Program-made: the position numbers and the translations under genes
Notes under the pieces: model-generated
Told to the model about the DNA's origin: nothing
Database searches by the model: none
The model's input: the letters and a program-made list of their open reading frames with translations, nothing else
Part shown: positions 36,987 to 50,705 of the stretch, one piece after another
Numbering within the stretch: the stretch's first letter is position 1
Layout of the letters: every line of letters starts with the position of its first letter
DNA from: Chiloscyllium plagiosum
Lineage: Eukaryota
Assembly (NCBI RefSeq): GCF_004010195.1
Contig: NC_057730.1
Coordinates: 19,628,687 to 19,692,686 of the forward strand
DNA length: 64,000 nt
Direction: 5' to 3'

Positions 36987-37315
36987 TGGGCAGCTCAGTG
37001 GTCAGCCATGCTACCTCTCAGCACCAAGGACCATGGTTTGTTTCTATCCTTAAGCAACTGTCTGTGTGGAGTTTCTACCTGTGTCTGCGTTTCCTCCAGG
37101 TGCTCCGGTTTCTAAAGATGTACAGGTTAGGTGGATTGGCTATGCTAAATTGCCCCATAGTGTTCAGGGATATGCTGGCTAGGTGGATTAGGCATGGGAG
37201 TTGCAGGATTACAGGGATAGGGTAAGGGGGTGGGTCTGGGTGTGATGCTTTTTAACGGTTCGATGTGGACTCAATAGTCCGAATGGCCTGCTTCGCACTG
37301 TAGGAATCTATGATT
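36987..37315 (+). mobile_element. HE1 V-SINE, diverged
   Basis: ctgtctgtgtggagttt...ctaaattgccccatagtg...cactgtaggaatctatga. Confidence 0.8.
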
Positions 37316-38009
37316 TTAAGTTATGGAAGCAATTGTGGATTGTTTTAAATACTCAGTCTGCTGTCTCAGCACAGACTGATTTCATAGAATCATACAATGA
37401 TTGCATTACCAGTTCTAACTATGCTCACTTACAGAAAGAGCAACTCATCTAGTCTCCTCCCTGTAACCTGAGAAAAACCTCATCAGGTGAATCTGCCTCT
37501 AGCGTGCTCCCTGGCAATGTATTCCAGATCTTAAGCCAGTCACACCCTTAAAGACTTTTGCCACAATAGTGGACTAGGGATATACAAATATCCCCCCCCC
37601 CCCGGCTCATTAAGGCCCTTTATGGAAGAAGTCGGAGGTAGCCTGAATCAATAATAGAACCATCTTCACAGAAATGAAGGAGGGTAACTGACCTGTTCAG
37701 TGAGACTCAGTAATATCCAATATGGTGCATTTCCTAACTTGTGCTGTTATGGGCGAGCATGTTTAGTTGCTTAAATCTAAACCTGAATAAATTCCAAAAA
37801 CACTATGGTGTAAAAGACCAGGATTACATTTTTAAAAAATCAACACTACCCCTCTCCACATCAACCCTTACAACTATTGCTGCACAAGAACCACTAAAAA
37901 ATACACTTTCCCTCACTACATACACATTACCGACCTGATGTCAGATAGAACCATTAGCTAACCCATATATAAATTCCGACTATAGCCTATAACATGAGCG
38001 AATACTTAC

Positions 38010-38128
38010 CTTTCACCCAAATAATCACCAATGACTGTTTTGTTTAATCCTTCGCCCTTGTATAGAAACTGGGCAATGTCTTCTGGAGTGTTCTGGAGCA
38101 GGTCATTTTCAATTAGAAACTGGATCCC
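38010..38128 (-). CDS. CYTH3: cytohesin-3 Sec7 exon (119 nt)
   Basis: [40 protein letters not shown]. Confidence 0.97.
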
Positions 38129-38664
38129 CTGCAATTAGATAAAACAAAACTCAAAACTCCTGGTGCACAATAACAACTTTTAACCAAGGTTCTGAGGCCT
38201 CTTCCACTCTCCTACTCCCCTCCCTGACTCCCAACCTGTATCACATTTGCAGAGGCACCTTATCTGAGTGACCATTCTGCCACTGAGATGCATGGACAGC
38301 ATGTACAAACAAGCTGGTTACCACACACAGGCACATTCCAGTAGAAATCACCAAATTTTAATCTATGAGTGACCAGAACATCACAAGTCAGGGAGGAGGA
38401 AAATGCAAAAATTACTTTCTCCAAGCTGAAATTATGGAGTACAGGTGAAGCTTCCAGAACATATAGCTAGTGTACACTGTTAATGTCCCTACCTATGGGC
38501 CAGAAGACCCTGGGTTGAAGTCTCACCAGATCGTGATGTATCATAACATGTGAACTGGTCAATATTTCTATCTACAGTTAGCAGACTCAGGGAATGTAAA
38601 ACGAGAACAGGATTGGGTTCTACAATGCCAGCATTCCTACCAACATACCTTGGTACACATATGA

Positions 38665-38821
38665 TAGGAGAAAGTGAGGACTGCAGATGCTGGAGACCAG
38701 AGTTGAAAAGTATGCTGCTGGAAAAACACAGCAGGCCAGGCAGCATCCGAGGAGTAGGAGAATCGATATTTCAGGCATAAGCCCTTCTTCACGAAATGTT
38801 TTTCCAGGACCACACTTTTCA
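38665..38821 (-). mobile_element. short Penelope terminal-repeat insertion with partial inversion and 10-bp TSD
   Basis: Reverse complement of the 41640-41770 tail; TSD acacatatga at 38655-38664 and 38822-38831. Confidence 0.75.
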
Positions 38822-39799
38822 ACACATATGAATAGCACCACTTGGATAAGGGAACACCCATAAGAAACAGAAGTTGATGTTTTCGCTGTTATACCAAGAT
38901 TACAAATGACTTACCAAAGTGGACAAATTCTTTTAAGTACATTTCAATTCAGTATCTTAATCTGCTTAAAAAAATCTTATTGCAGTAACAGTATGCTACC
39001 TCTAAAGTGGACAGCCTAACCAGTAGACTAGGATCATTTTGCATCAGTGGAAAGTTTCAAGTTTAACGTATTTGAATTCTGAAGAGATCCTTTAATCTTC
39101 CTCCATTAAAAACTAATAAAGTGAAATTTCAAAACAGACTTTTTTTAAAAGATCAAATGTAGCTATTGATGGATTTAAAAGTAGGTGGAATCAAGAGACA
39201 GCAGTTTTGATTGCACTGAATACAGCCTTGAAGGTGTGAATAGCCTCTTCCTATTTTTTGGAAAGGAAGCCAATCCCAACACAATGCCAACTTCTGGAAC
39301 CAAAATGCAAAACATTTTTAATGTTTATGAAATTTCATGCAATCCACAATTACACGAGTTTGCTGTCTGTCTGTTGCAAAACATTGTGGCAAAGTTTACT
39401 CAATGGCTAAGACATTAAAAGACAACCAACTCACCAATCTGATTGGATGCTTCATTAAAGTGGGAAAGGAATATTATAGGCACATAAATGTCACAGATCT
39501 GCAAAAAGGTATTAAATGTAATAATAAGCAGAATGGGCTTTCCAGTAGTGGAAGATTAAGAATCAGATGGCACAGATTCAAAAGAAACTGGCAAAAGCAA
39601 CAAGAACTGTTTCTACACAGTAATTGACTATGATTTGAAATGCACAGCCTGAGAGTTGGGTGCAAAGAAGGCCAAGTGAGGCTTGTTTCAAGGAATTGGA
39701 TCATTATCTGAAGAAAATGTGCAAGGCTGGAAGGAATGGTAGTGAAGTTGCTCATTCAGATATTCAGCACAAACATGACACATTAAGGGGTAACACGAT

Positions 39800-39995
39800 G
39801 ACTCGGTGGTTAGCACGGATGCCGCATAGTGCTGGGGATCCAAGTTCAACTCCAGCCTCAGGCAACCGTGCAAACTCTACACAGACAGACAAACCGCATG
39901 GGTTTCCTCTGGGTGCACCAGTTTCCTCCCACAGTCCAAAGATGTGCAGGTTAGGTGGACTGACCATGCTAAATTGCCCATAGTGTCCAGAGATG
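39800..39995 (+). mobile_element. HE1 SINE with short internal inversion
   Basis: HE1 head and core present, but the V-domain segment is reversed (gtgcaaactctacacagacagac). Confidence 0.7.
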
Positions 39996-41316
39996 TGATG
40001 CGATGTGTAGATCGAATGACTTCCTTCAGTGCAGAGACCATTCTACGTAAGAAATGGGCTCCTCTGGCCACATTAGCTCAATTTTAAAATTCTGGATCAA
40101 AGATACCTTAAGGCCCATCCCACCTAGCTCTATAATCCTCTAAGGTATCCAAATGTCTCTAATTCTAGCCTCTTGCACAGTCTCAATTTCCATCACTTCA
40201 CTATCACAACCATCCTGTCCCTTTAGCTCTTGGAATTCCACCCATCCACCTCCCTAACTCTTTCTCATCTTTTATGACACTCCTTAAAATTTACTACTTT
40301 AACTTCTTTTCAGATCTGTGACATTTATGTGCCAACATTTAGTCCCATGGTTTGATATCTCTTAATGTGGCTCAAAGTACAATTATGTCTGATAGAACTC
40401 TCCTACGAAGCATCATTGGAACTAAACCTGTGTAATGGCCAGCATTAAATACAAGTTCTTTTTAATCATCATTTGTCACAAGTCAATATATGGAAGTAAT
40501 ATCTTATAATAGTAGGAAGAAAAACAATATTAAATAGATCACCAGGAAGAATAACATAAGTTACAAAATTAGATTCATGTAAGGCACAGCTAGAGGTTGC
40601 AAGTGAAAAGCAGTAAGATTGGTATTCTGCAAGAACAGCTTTAAATCAGCTAAAGGTCCCACATAGTTCTAAGTCCACCTTGCAAAACTACTCATTTGCC
40701 CTATTTATGTAAAGTACAAATTTTCCATCTCAGGTTAGAAGACCTGCAGTGCTCATGCCCATTCCTCTTCTATTTCCCAAAGTACTGCAGTCAGCAAAGA
40801 GAGGACAGCATTCCAATGTGTTGGACTTCGAAAGAATTTTTATGCTTTAATTACACTCCTGCCAGGGAATTCTCTACATTTAAAATTGCCTTGGCTTGCT
40901 AAATAACTATCCTCTGGCTAAGCAACACATCTGTAAAATATTTTGCTGAAATCTTAGAGAGTATAGTTACCAGATTAGGACAAAGTGCATTCCTTCCAAT
41001 GCTTGGAAGTTATTTATTCTCATGGTTTTCCTTCTCTTCATCCTCAGCAAGCAGCATCAATCCATTCTTGTTAAATACACTCAACATAGTATATCAGCTT
41101 ATCTAACCACTTCAAGGACTGATAAAAGAAACAAAATAAACAAACTATCCAGCATCAACTGGGACTTAGAGAGTGACAACAGGTCACAGTTCTGTCAATT
41201 CTGCAAGACCCGCTTATTAACTCCCTACTTGTGCCATAATTGGGAGAGCTGACTCACAAACTAGTTAGGAAACATAAGGTATGATTCTGTGGGAATGACT
41301 ATGCCCCAGACAACAT

Positions 41317-41770
41317 TGGACTCATCCACCGCCAAACCACAACAACGCGACGGTCGGAGGAGGAGCGTCTTATCTTCCGACTGGGAACCCTCCAACCACA
41401 GGGGATGAACTTGGACTTCACCAGTTTCTTCATCCCCCCTCCCCCCACCTTGTCTCAGCCGAATCCCTCCAGCCCGGCACCGCCTTCCTGACCTGCAGTC
41501 TTCTTCTTGACCTCTCCGCCTCCATCCTACTCCGACCTATCACCCTCACCTTGACCTCTTTCCACCTATCACATTTCCAACGCCCCTCCTCCAAGTCCCT
41601 CCTCCCTACCTTTTATCTTCTCCTGCTGAACACTCTCTGCTCATTCCTGAAGAAGGGCCTGTGCCCGAAACGTCGAATCTCCTGTTCCCTGGATGCTGCC
41701 TGACCTGCTGTGCTGTTCCAGCAATAAAGTTTCAACTTTGATCTCCAGCATCTGCAGACCTCACTTTCTC
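41317..41770 (+). mobile_element. young 5'-truncated Penelope-like element (GIY-YIG C-terminus plus terminal repeat)
   Basis: EEERLIFRLGTLQPQGMNLDF motif; TSD ccagacaacat at 41306-41316 and 41771-41781; CpGs intact. Confidence 0.9.
41643..41678 (+). ncRNA. minimal type I hammerhead ribozyme motif in a PLE terminal repeat
   Basis: ATTC-CTGAAGA-A-GGGC-ctgt-GCCC-GAAA-CGTC-GAAT: stem I ATTC/GAAT, core CUGANGA and GAAA, stem II GGGC/GCCC, NUH site GUC. Confidence 0.75.
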
Positions 41771-41999
41771 CCAGACAACATCACCCTGCCTTTATACTAC
41801 ACCGTACTGCCAGTTCAGAAAGGAGGGAGCTACCATACATGTCTTCAACATAAACTCTACAAGTCATGAAATCTCATGGCATCAGGTCAAACACAGGTAA
41901 GCAAACTGCCTGTTGATCATCTATAGACCTCACTCTTGGCTGATGATCAGTTCTCCTGCATGTTGAATACCACCCTGAAGCAGCACTGAGAAAGGTAAA

Positions 42000-44580
42000 G
42001 ACATAGAATTAACTCTGAATGGGGACAAGAAGTAACTCTGTATCACCATTACTGACCAAATTGGCTGAGATCTAAACGACATAATTCAAGGCTGGGTCAG
42101 CAGGTGGTGACAGACTGAACAAGGGTAAAGCAATCTTGACCTCATCCTCACCAATCTTCCTACAGCAAATGTATCTGGCCATGGCAGTATTAGTGGGAGT
42201 GACAGTGATGTAGTCCTTGTGGAGACCAAGTCCCATCCTCACATTCAGGATTCTCTCCATCGTGTTCTGTTACACCTCCACCATGCACAATGAGACATTT
42301 CAATCAGGTCTAGCAACTCAAGACTGGACATCCATGAAGTGCCAAGGAGCATCAGAGCAGAATTATATTCGAGCACAATCATGGTCTGCAAATCCCCCAC
42401 TCTAACTTTACCACCAAGCCAGAGATCAACCCTGGTTCATTGAAAAGATCAAAAAGGCAAGCCTGGAGCAGCACTAAACAACCCTGAAAATGAGGTGTCA
42501 ACCTGGAGAAGCTACAACACAAGATTACTTGCATGATAAGCAGTTTGTGACAAACGGGGCTAAGCGATACCACAAGCAACTGATCAGAATAAAGCTCTGC
42601 AGTCTTACCACATCTAGTAATGAATGGTGATGGCCTATTAAACAACTTACCCGAGGAGGTGGTTCCACAAATATCCCCATCTTCAATGATAGAGAGCCCA
42701 GCACATCAGTGCAAAAGATAAGGGAGAAGTATTTGACAGCATCTTCAGCCATAACTGCTGAATAAATGATCCATCTTGGCCTCCTTTTGAGATCACGAGT
42801 AACATGGATTCCAGTCAATTCAATGCACTCCACACAACATTAAGGAATGCTTGAAAGCAGTGGAAGCTGCAAAGGCTATGGGCCCTTAAACATTCAGCCA
42901 ATAGTACTGAAGTGTGCTCCAGACCTTGCCACACCCCTTGCCAAGTTGTTCCAGTACAGTCATAATGCTGCCAACTACTGACGATATGGAAAATTACACA
43001 GGTTTGTCCTGTGTAATTTCAAGTCAAGTCCAAATCAGCCAACTACTGCCTCAGTATACTCTTGACCAAAGTGATGAAAAATGTCACTGACACTGCAATC
43101 AAACAACACTTAAATGACTTACTCAATGATATTGTGCGATCAAACAATACTTAATGACCTGCTTAATGATGTTCAGTTTGGATTCTGCCAGGCTCACTCA
43201 GCTCCTGATCCATCCCTATGCAGAAGAAATGAATTCGGAAGTGGGGGGGGAGAGAAGTAGAAGAGAAGAGAGAAGGGAACGTTACTGTCCTCCACGTTAA
43301 CCTAGCATCTAACCAAGTTTGGCACTGAAGAGCCCTGGCAAAACCTGGAATTAACAGGAAATGTCAGAGGGCAGGAACTATCCACTGTTTGGAGTCATTT
43401 CAAGCACAAAGCTAGATAGCTGTGGTTGTTGGAGATCAATCATCTCAGCCATGCAACATTAGTGCAGGAGTTCCTCAGGGTATAGTCTGATGCCCATCTT
43501 CAGCTGCTTCATCAATTGCCTTCCCCGATTACAAGGTCAGGAGCTTGTTTTTTTAACATTCATGGAACGTAGGCATTGCTGGCTTGGCTAGCATTTATTG
43601 CCCATCCTAGTGGTTCTTGAGAAGGTGGTAGGGGAGCTGTATTCTTAAACCACTACAATCCAGTACACTCATAATGCAGTTATGGAGTTAGTTCCAGGAT
43701 TTTGACCCAGCAACACAAAGGACGGATATTAACTGATATTAGCGGATAACGCCCATTAACAACTTCCCAGTAATCAGTGTCCATATGTATCAAGATCTGA
43801 ACAAATATCCAGGCCAAGGCTGAAATGTACAATCGGATTTCCTAAATGCGAAGCTGTGACCACCTCCAACAAGAATGAATCTAATCATCTCCCCATGACA
43901 TTCAGCAGCATTACCAACAATGAATTTCCACTACCTACAACACCCCCCCCCACCCCACCAAAACAAATTATTAACATCATGGGGGTTACCACTGACCATT
44001 AAACTAAATTGGACGGGGCACAATAGTGTGGCTACAACAGCAGGTGGATCCTAGGAATTCTGCATCAATCAACTCATCTGATTCTCAAAGCCTATCTATA
44101 AGGCACATGTCAGGACTGTGATGAAATACTGCTGCAACAAATTTTTAAAAACTTAACACCACCTGGATCAAAGCAGCTCATATGAATGGCAGCCCATCTG
44201 ACACCTTCAACATTTACTCCACCACCACGCAATGACAGCGCGTACCATCAATAAACTGCACTGCAGCAACTCATTCAGGTTCCTTTGAAGGCTCCTTCCA
44301 AATCCACCTCCTTTACCGCCTGTAAGGACAAGAGCAGAAGATAGATGGGATCACCACCACCTGTAAGTGTTCCTCCAAGCCATTTGCCATCCTGACTAGG
44401 AACTATAGCACAGTTGATTTGTTGTCGTATGGTTCAGATCACGAAACATCTTTCCTCACAGCACTGCAGGAATCTCTACCATGTAGATAGCTCAAAACAT
44501 CAGCTCACAAATATTCAAGGGCAATTAGACTTGGGCAATAAATGCACAGCTTCGTCAGCAACATCCACATCTTATTTATG
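42000..44580 (+). mobile_element. decayed CR1/L2-group LINE ORF2 with 3' end; an inverted 3' piece is nested at ~43545-43720
   Basis: LDLILTN, APDLATPLAKLFQYS, QFGFCQAHSAPD, AGVPQG and YKAHVRTVM motifs; tail gggcaataaatgc. Confidence 0.75.
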
Positions 44581-45127
44581 ATTTTTTTTAAATTTCTGTT
44601 TCACCTCTATTAAAATAAACTCTGCAAATACTCTTTTCATACACACATTAAATCTCCATCACCCTCCCCCAAATATCTGGGCCTGAAACATCAATTCTAA
44701 TTTCTGTCCACAGATGATGCCAGACTTGCTGAGCATTTCCAGAATTTCTGTTTTTGCTTCAAATCTAACCTTGCTCCTATACAGTTGATCAGCAGCAAAA
44801 TGGTAGAAAAAAATTGTCAACAGAACTATTAAGCAGCACTTTCTCAGCAATAACCTGCCCACCAATATTCAGTTTGGGTTCCAACAGGGCTGCACACCTT
44901 CTGACCTCACTACAGCTTAGTCAAAATATGAACAATAGAGCTGAACTCCAGAGGTGAGCTGAGACTGAAACTCCACCTACCTGCACACCCCACACCTGAG
45001 GCTCTCAAACAATAGGCTTTCCTTCGAGTCACTAAGGGTATTAAGTCCTCTTTAGAATTCTAAAGAGGAGAACGGAGAAGGCGTTTTAAATTCTTCGCAA
45101 CGAAACCATGATCCCTGGAGCATCACA

Positions 45128-45578
45128 TGCTGAGGGATAACCCTGCAGAGGTTTATAAAATCATAAGAAATACGGATAGGGTAACTAGAGGGCACAGCTT
45201 GAAGGTGAGAGGAGAAAGATTTAAAAGGGACCTAAGGGGTAACTTTTTCATGAAGACAGTGATGTGTGTATGGAATGAGCTGCCAGAAGATTCTTCCTGC
45301 TCCTCAGATGGTGCCTGACCTGTTGTGCTTTTCCAGCACCACTCTAATCTAGACTATGATTTCTAGCATCTGCAGTCCTCACTTTTGTCCAGAAGTGGTG
45401 GTAGCGGCTAGTATAATTACAACATTTGAAAGACATCTGGATGGGTTTATGAGTAGGAAGGATTTAGAAGGATATGGGCCAAATGCTGGCAAATGGGACT
45501 AAATTAATTTAGAATATCTGGTCAGCAAGGACGAGTTGGACCGAATAATCTATTTCCATGCTGTACATCTCTATGACG
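45128..45578 (+). mobile_element. CR1/HER1 3' end
   Basis: TRGHSLKVRGERFKRDLRGNFF..WNELPE; tail catctctatgac. Confidence 0.85.
45290..45388 (+). mobile_element. 99-bp Penelope terminal fragment nested in the CR1
   Basis: TSD ccagaag at 45283-45289 and 45389-45395; homologous to 41676-41770. Confidence 0.8.
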
Positions 45579-45618
45579 CGATAATAATCTAATGAAACAG
45601 AATAAAAAAATTAATTAC

Positions 45619-45685
45619 CTTCTTGGGATCCATGTTGAATTTCTTTCTCCCCATAGCCATTTGTTTATTCCTCTGAGTTGTTTTA
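45619..45685 (-). CDS. CYTH3: cytohesin-3 exon (67 nt)
   Basis: [22 protein letters not shown]. Confidence 0.96.
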
Positions 45686-46060
45686 CTGCAAGAATCAAAA
45701 GAGGAATTTAAAAAAAAAGTGAGGAATTACAAGTTTTTAACCCTTTACTATTGAGATTGCAGCACTGCAACTTGATTGTTCTCCCATCTAATAAACACAG
45801 GGACATGAATCCCATTAAGAATATAAGAAATAGGATTTAGCCTTTTGAGCCCACTTCACTATTCAATAAGATTTTGCTGATTTTCTACCTTACGTTTATC
45901 CTCATTGTCCTCGATTTCATTAGCATCTGGATATTTATTGTTCTCTGTCTTGAATATATTCAATGGCTCCAACAGTTATTGGTAATGTCCACAGTCAATC
46001 TTGCAGTGATTTAATCTGGACTGGAATCACATGACAGAGGCTGCAAAGGTGAAGTTAATG

Positions 46061-46350
46061 AGTGGTTAGCACTGCTGCCTCACAGCGCCAGAGACCCGGG
46101 TTCAATTCCTCAGGCGACTGACTGTGTGGAGTTTGCACGTTCTCCCAGTGTCTGCGTGGGTTTCCTCCGGGTGCTCCGGTTTCCTCCCACAGTCCAAAGA
46201 TGTGCAGGTCAGGTGAATTGGCCATGCTAAATTGCCCGTAGTGTTAGGTAAGGGGTAAATGTAGGGGTATGGGTGGGTTACGCTTCGGCGGGTCGGTGTG
46301 GACTTGTTGGGCCGAAGGGCCTGTTTCCACACTGTAATGTAATCTAATCT
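46061..46350 (+). mobile_element. young HE1 V-SINE
   Basis: Intact A/B boxes, V-domain and CpGs; (taatc)n tail. Confidence 0.92.
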
Positions 46351-49300
46351 AAAGAATAATTCAAAGTCACTGCTTCTTTCTCAGAGTTGCCTGGGTTACC
46401 AGAGTCATGATTTGGTGTTGGTTAGTCACAGGTCACACTTTCAGAGCAACAAGTTTTACTGCCTGATGTTAACACTATCAATGCTCAATAACTGGGAACA
46501 GCATCTCAGAATAAAGGTCAAGCCATTTCGGTCTGCCATGAGGAGGAATGTCTTCAATCAAAATGGTATCTTTATTCATCAGACTGTGGAAACTCAGTCA
46601 TTGATGGTATTCAATATAGATCGATAGATTTTTGATGTCATTAATATCTAGAAAAAATTATGAAAGCCTGGGAAGAAGCTGGAGAGGTGGATGATCAGCC
46701 ATATCTAATTTTTGGGGAGTGTAGTTAGTTGGTTGGTGGTGTCCTGCTGAATGTCTAAATCTTGCTTCTATGTTTTTGTTATTATTTCTTTATGTAGATT
46801 GTGCAAAGTTGTAAAGAAAAGTTGATCCCATTAGCTGATGACACTTCCAGTAGAATTTTGCATGGATTTAGAATTTCTGTGCAAGATACAAAGAGGGTTA
46901 AGAGAGAAGCTTTTTATTTACATGTGAATACTGTAGTAATGATTAGGAACTCACTGTCTAACTGGAGAGTGAAAGATTTACAATTTCAACAGTGAATTAG
47001 AAGGGTGTTTGAAGGAAATAAATTTGCAGAATCATATGGTTCTAACAGGGGGAATGGAACTTACTGGACTACAATACACAGAGCTGTGTAGACTCAATGA
47101 GCCAAATGACGACCTCCTATTGTAATGACTGACTGTAAAACCACAGAATCCCTCCGTATTTGCAACAAATGAACTGAATTCAACTCCCTTTCAGTCGGCA
47201 ATGCCCTCCTCCCCAAGTTACCAACGTGAGTGCCAAACCTACACTCAACCTGTCTCCACTGAAGGCAGCAGAAACCGTGGGTCATTTGTTCCATCTTCAA
47301 CCTACAGTCAGCAAAGCCATTCAAAATAATCCTGCAGCTTTCGTTCTTGTGGGTCGTGAAGGTTACTGAGGCTCTGGGCATAGTGCAAAGAACTATAGCC
47401 AGAATGATACCTGGCCCAACAGCTCCTCAGTTGAGACCAGAGGCTCTAAAGGTCATCACCATTTCCTTTGAGAAAGACAGGCGTGTACTAAATAAGTGCT
47501 TTTCTTTTAAAATGTAAAAGATTGGACTCAGACCAATTAGAACTGTTACTGGAGACAGAAGGAACAGCAGGACGAGAAGTCATGCATATAAACCATGTTG
47601 TATGACTCTATAAAGATTGATAGGTAAATAGCTGGATTGATAATCAGAAAGAACACAGCCTAGTTCAATATCTGCCAGTCTTCCTCTTCTAAATTCTCAC
47701 TTTACTCTCCTTCCACCCCATTTCTTTCTTGTCTATCTCACCTCTCATTGTGAAGTCTGTTCTACAGCTAATGGAAACTTCCTATGGCAAACAATAGCAG
47801 CTATTTTCTATGCATGAAAATGAAGCTCAATTTGCAAAAAAGGAACATCACAACTTCTTGTTACCCAATTTCAAATTACCAACTTCAAACAGGAGCTACT
47901 GGACAGAAAGATCCATTTTGATCCAGTAGAAAACAGTTATTTCTTCACTAAGTGGAATAACAGTCAACGTAATGAGATCCCTTTCCATTAGTCAAACATG
48001 ACTGCCTAACCTCAGCACAGGATGGGGATAAAACCATTGATCTGCATTTTCCTATAGTCATCCAGCACCTTTGCTTTTAAAGCTCTGACTTGCTTCCCTC
48101 TCTCTTTTCTTAAGATACTCTTTAAAACCTGCTGCTTAACTAAGCATTTGGTCACATGCCCCAATATTTCATGTGGCTCATTGAAATATTTTGTTTTGTA
48201 ATACTCTAGTGAAGGGGCTTGGGAGGTTTTATTAAGTTAGGAAATACAAGTTGTTGTCATCATCATTCTGTTTAAATCTTTCCATGACTTTTCATCCTTT
48301 CTAACTTTGGAACCTCCTTTAGCACCACAATCAACTAAGGACTCTGAGATCCTCTACACTATGTCTCTTGCACGTTCCTGATCATCTTCACTCCAGAGGT
48401 AGCAGCTACGCCTCAAGTTGCCCCATGCACAAGAATTCCTTCCCGAAACTCTCCTCCTTTAAGATAATCCATCAAATCTACTTGGTCTGTCCCAATATCT
48501 CATTATGTGGTTTTGTGCCAAATTTCATGTTAATGCTCCTGCAAAGCACTTTGGAATATAGGACTGCATTATGGAACCTCTATACATTGAAATTATTGTT
48601 AAACATAGAGGCATGTTATTTTGTTACCAAAGACAAAATGCAATTGCTGCAAACTCTTTAAAACTGTCAGCATTAATGTGTGTCATTTCCCTTCACCCCC
48701 AAACTACCAACTTCCCAAACTGAGAGAATAAATATGGGAGTAACATTTAAATTAGAAGGCCAGCAGTAAATGCCAGCATTAGCCATCTGACCAAAGTTAC
48801 AACCAAATTGGTTCCAGTCTAAACATAAAAGAGAAATAAAAATATGATTTGCTCTAATCTACACACAGTCAGGCCCCCCTCACTCTTGCCAAGGTTGCTG
48901 AGCTCCTGATCACAATGCAGCTTCGGTCCAAACATGGGTGAGAAAGCTGAACACCAGAGATGAGACAAGACTGCATTTGATTAAGTGCAGTATCAAGAAG
49001 ATCTGGCCAAACAAGAATCAAGGGGAATTGGGGAAAATGCTCCACTGGTCAGATCAGACCTGGCACCAAGAAACATGGTTATGGTTGTTGAAAGTCAATC
49101 ATCTCATTCCTAGGACATTGTCACAACAAAGCCCCTCAGGGTAGCATCCCAGGGACAAAAGTCTCTAGCTGCTTCAATCACTTTTTCTCCATGACAAGGT
49201 CTTGAAGTGGGGATGCTCACTGGTGAATGAAGAATGTTGAACACTGTGATTCCTCAAATACTGAAGCAGTGTCTAAATACAGCAAAACCAGAACAGAATT

Positions 49301-49744
49301 CAAGCTTGGAATAAATCAATAGTAAATCATGTGAAAAGTGAGAGAAAAGGGGTGTTTACAGTACAGTTCAGCTTCAAAATGTAACCAACAGCTGTCATTT
49401 TAATGATCATTCCCACAGAGCAGGGTTAAACAGACATGTAAAATTTCTCAGGAAATGTGACCAAACAATATATACTTGCAGAACATCTTCGAGGGTGGAA
49501 GGGTAAGGTGGTGCATGCATGTTTATTGATTATTCTAAATTAAGTCTTTTTTATAAAAGTAGCAGTTTGTGCCAAACCCTGTGGTCTTGAATGAAACATG
49601 AACAAAAGAAACAACAGCACTTTTCTTCACAGACTTAAAAGAAAATCCTGCACAGACACACACACATCCCTACATGCCCTCCAAAAAATTAAAGATAATT
49701 TTTTTAAAAATTGGGAATTGTTGGAATAAGAACTTCCAACTCAC

Positions 49745-49809
49745 CTTTCATCAGTACAAGTCAGTGTCTCAATCTCACTCATTACTTCAGCTATCTCATC
49801 TTTCAGCCT
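49745..49809 (-). CDS. CYTH3: cytohesin-3 coiled-coil exon (65 nt)
   Basis: tttacag|RLKDEIAEVMSEIETLTCTDE(S)|gtgagt. Confidence 0.93.
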
Positions 49810-50705
49810 CTGTAAAGGAGATATTTAAATGTAAAATATATAAGACAGTGAACTATAGTTTTCTACAAGATAGCTCTAAAAGGCATACATGCACAGAAAT
49901 GTTGCATTACCCCAAAGCAAGATTATTTGCAAACCCTGATACCTCAGAAGATGAAGTCATTGATGAAATGTAAAAACCCAATAAAGCAAGCCTCATTTAC
50001 ATAGCAAGCAGCTTTGATCTAATGATACCACAAAATAAATCACTCCTTTATTCCTCCCTCCTCATAATTCAAACATATCTCCCAGGATAAAAAGAACAAT
50101 AATTGTGAAGCAATATGAAAATGTGATGACAAAATCTGGGGCAGCAAGTTGAAGAATTAACTCAAGTCAAGCGCATTATGATACACTGTTCAACTATCGT
50201 TGCTGTCACACAAATTAGAACAGTACAGTTAGATTTCTAAACTTATCACATTAAACAAGTGTTCCCAAAGTATCACTGTCTTGCACGAAGATGACAGTGA
50301 AAATAACATCTCAAGTGACAAATCACTCGCCATAGATATAATGTATGCCAGAGGACAATGGGACACCCAAAATACAATAGTGTGGGATACAGCTTGTAAG
50401 AGAGGTCTGATTGTCTTATATTGGTTCTGGTCTAAGAAAATCGACGTACATTCAGATAAAAAACAACAGTGTTGTAGTTTGTTTCAAGGCCAGGAAGTAA
50501 CGAATGTTTCTTTCCTAAAGGGGTCTTGCAATTAGAAAAAAAAGACAACTGTAGATACTTCAGGTTGAGTCAGACAATGTAGTGAACTGAAGTGCTGCTT
50601 GAAAAGAAGGAGGACAATAAGGAGAGGGGACATGCACTAGATAAGAGTTTCAAAATGGAGTAAACAGCAGAGACTTTTTTTTAATTTAAAAGGTTTATAC
50701 AGCTA

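Noticed and set aside
46061-46110. tRNA-like A/B boxes here and at 10085, 9120-9200 and 61550-61640
   Set aside because: They continue into SINE bodies and do not form complete cloverleaves.
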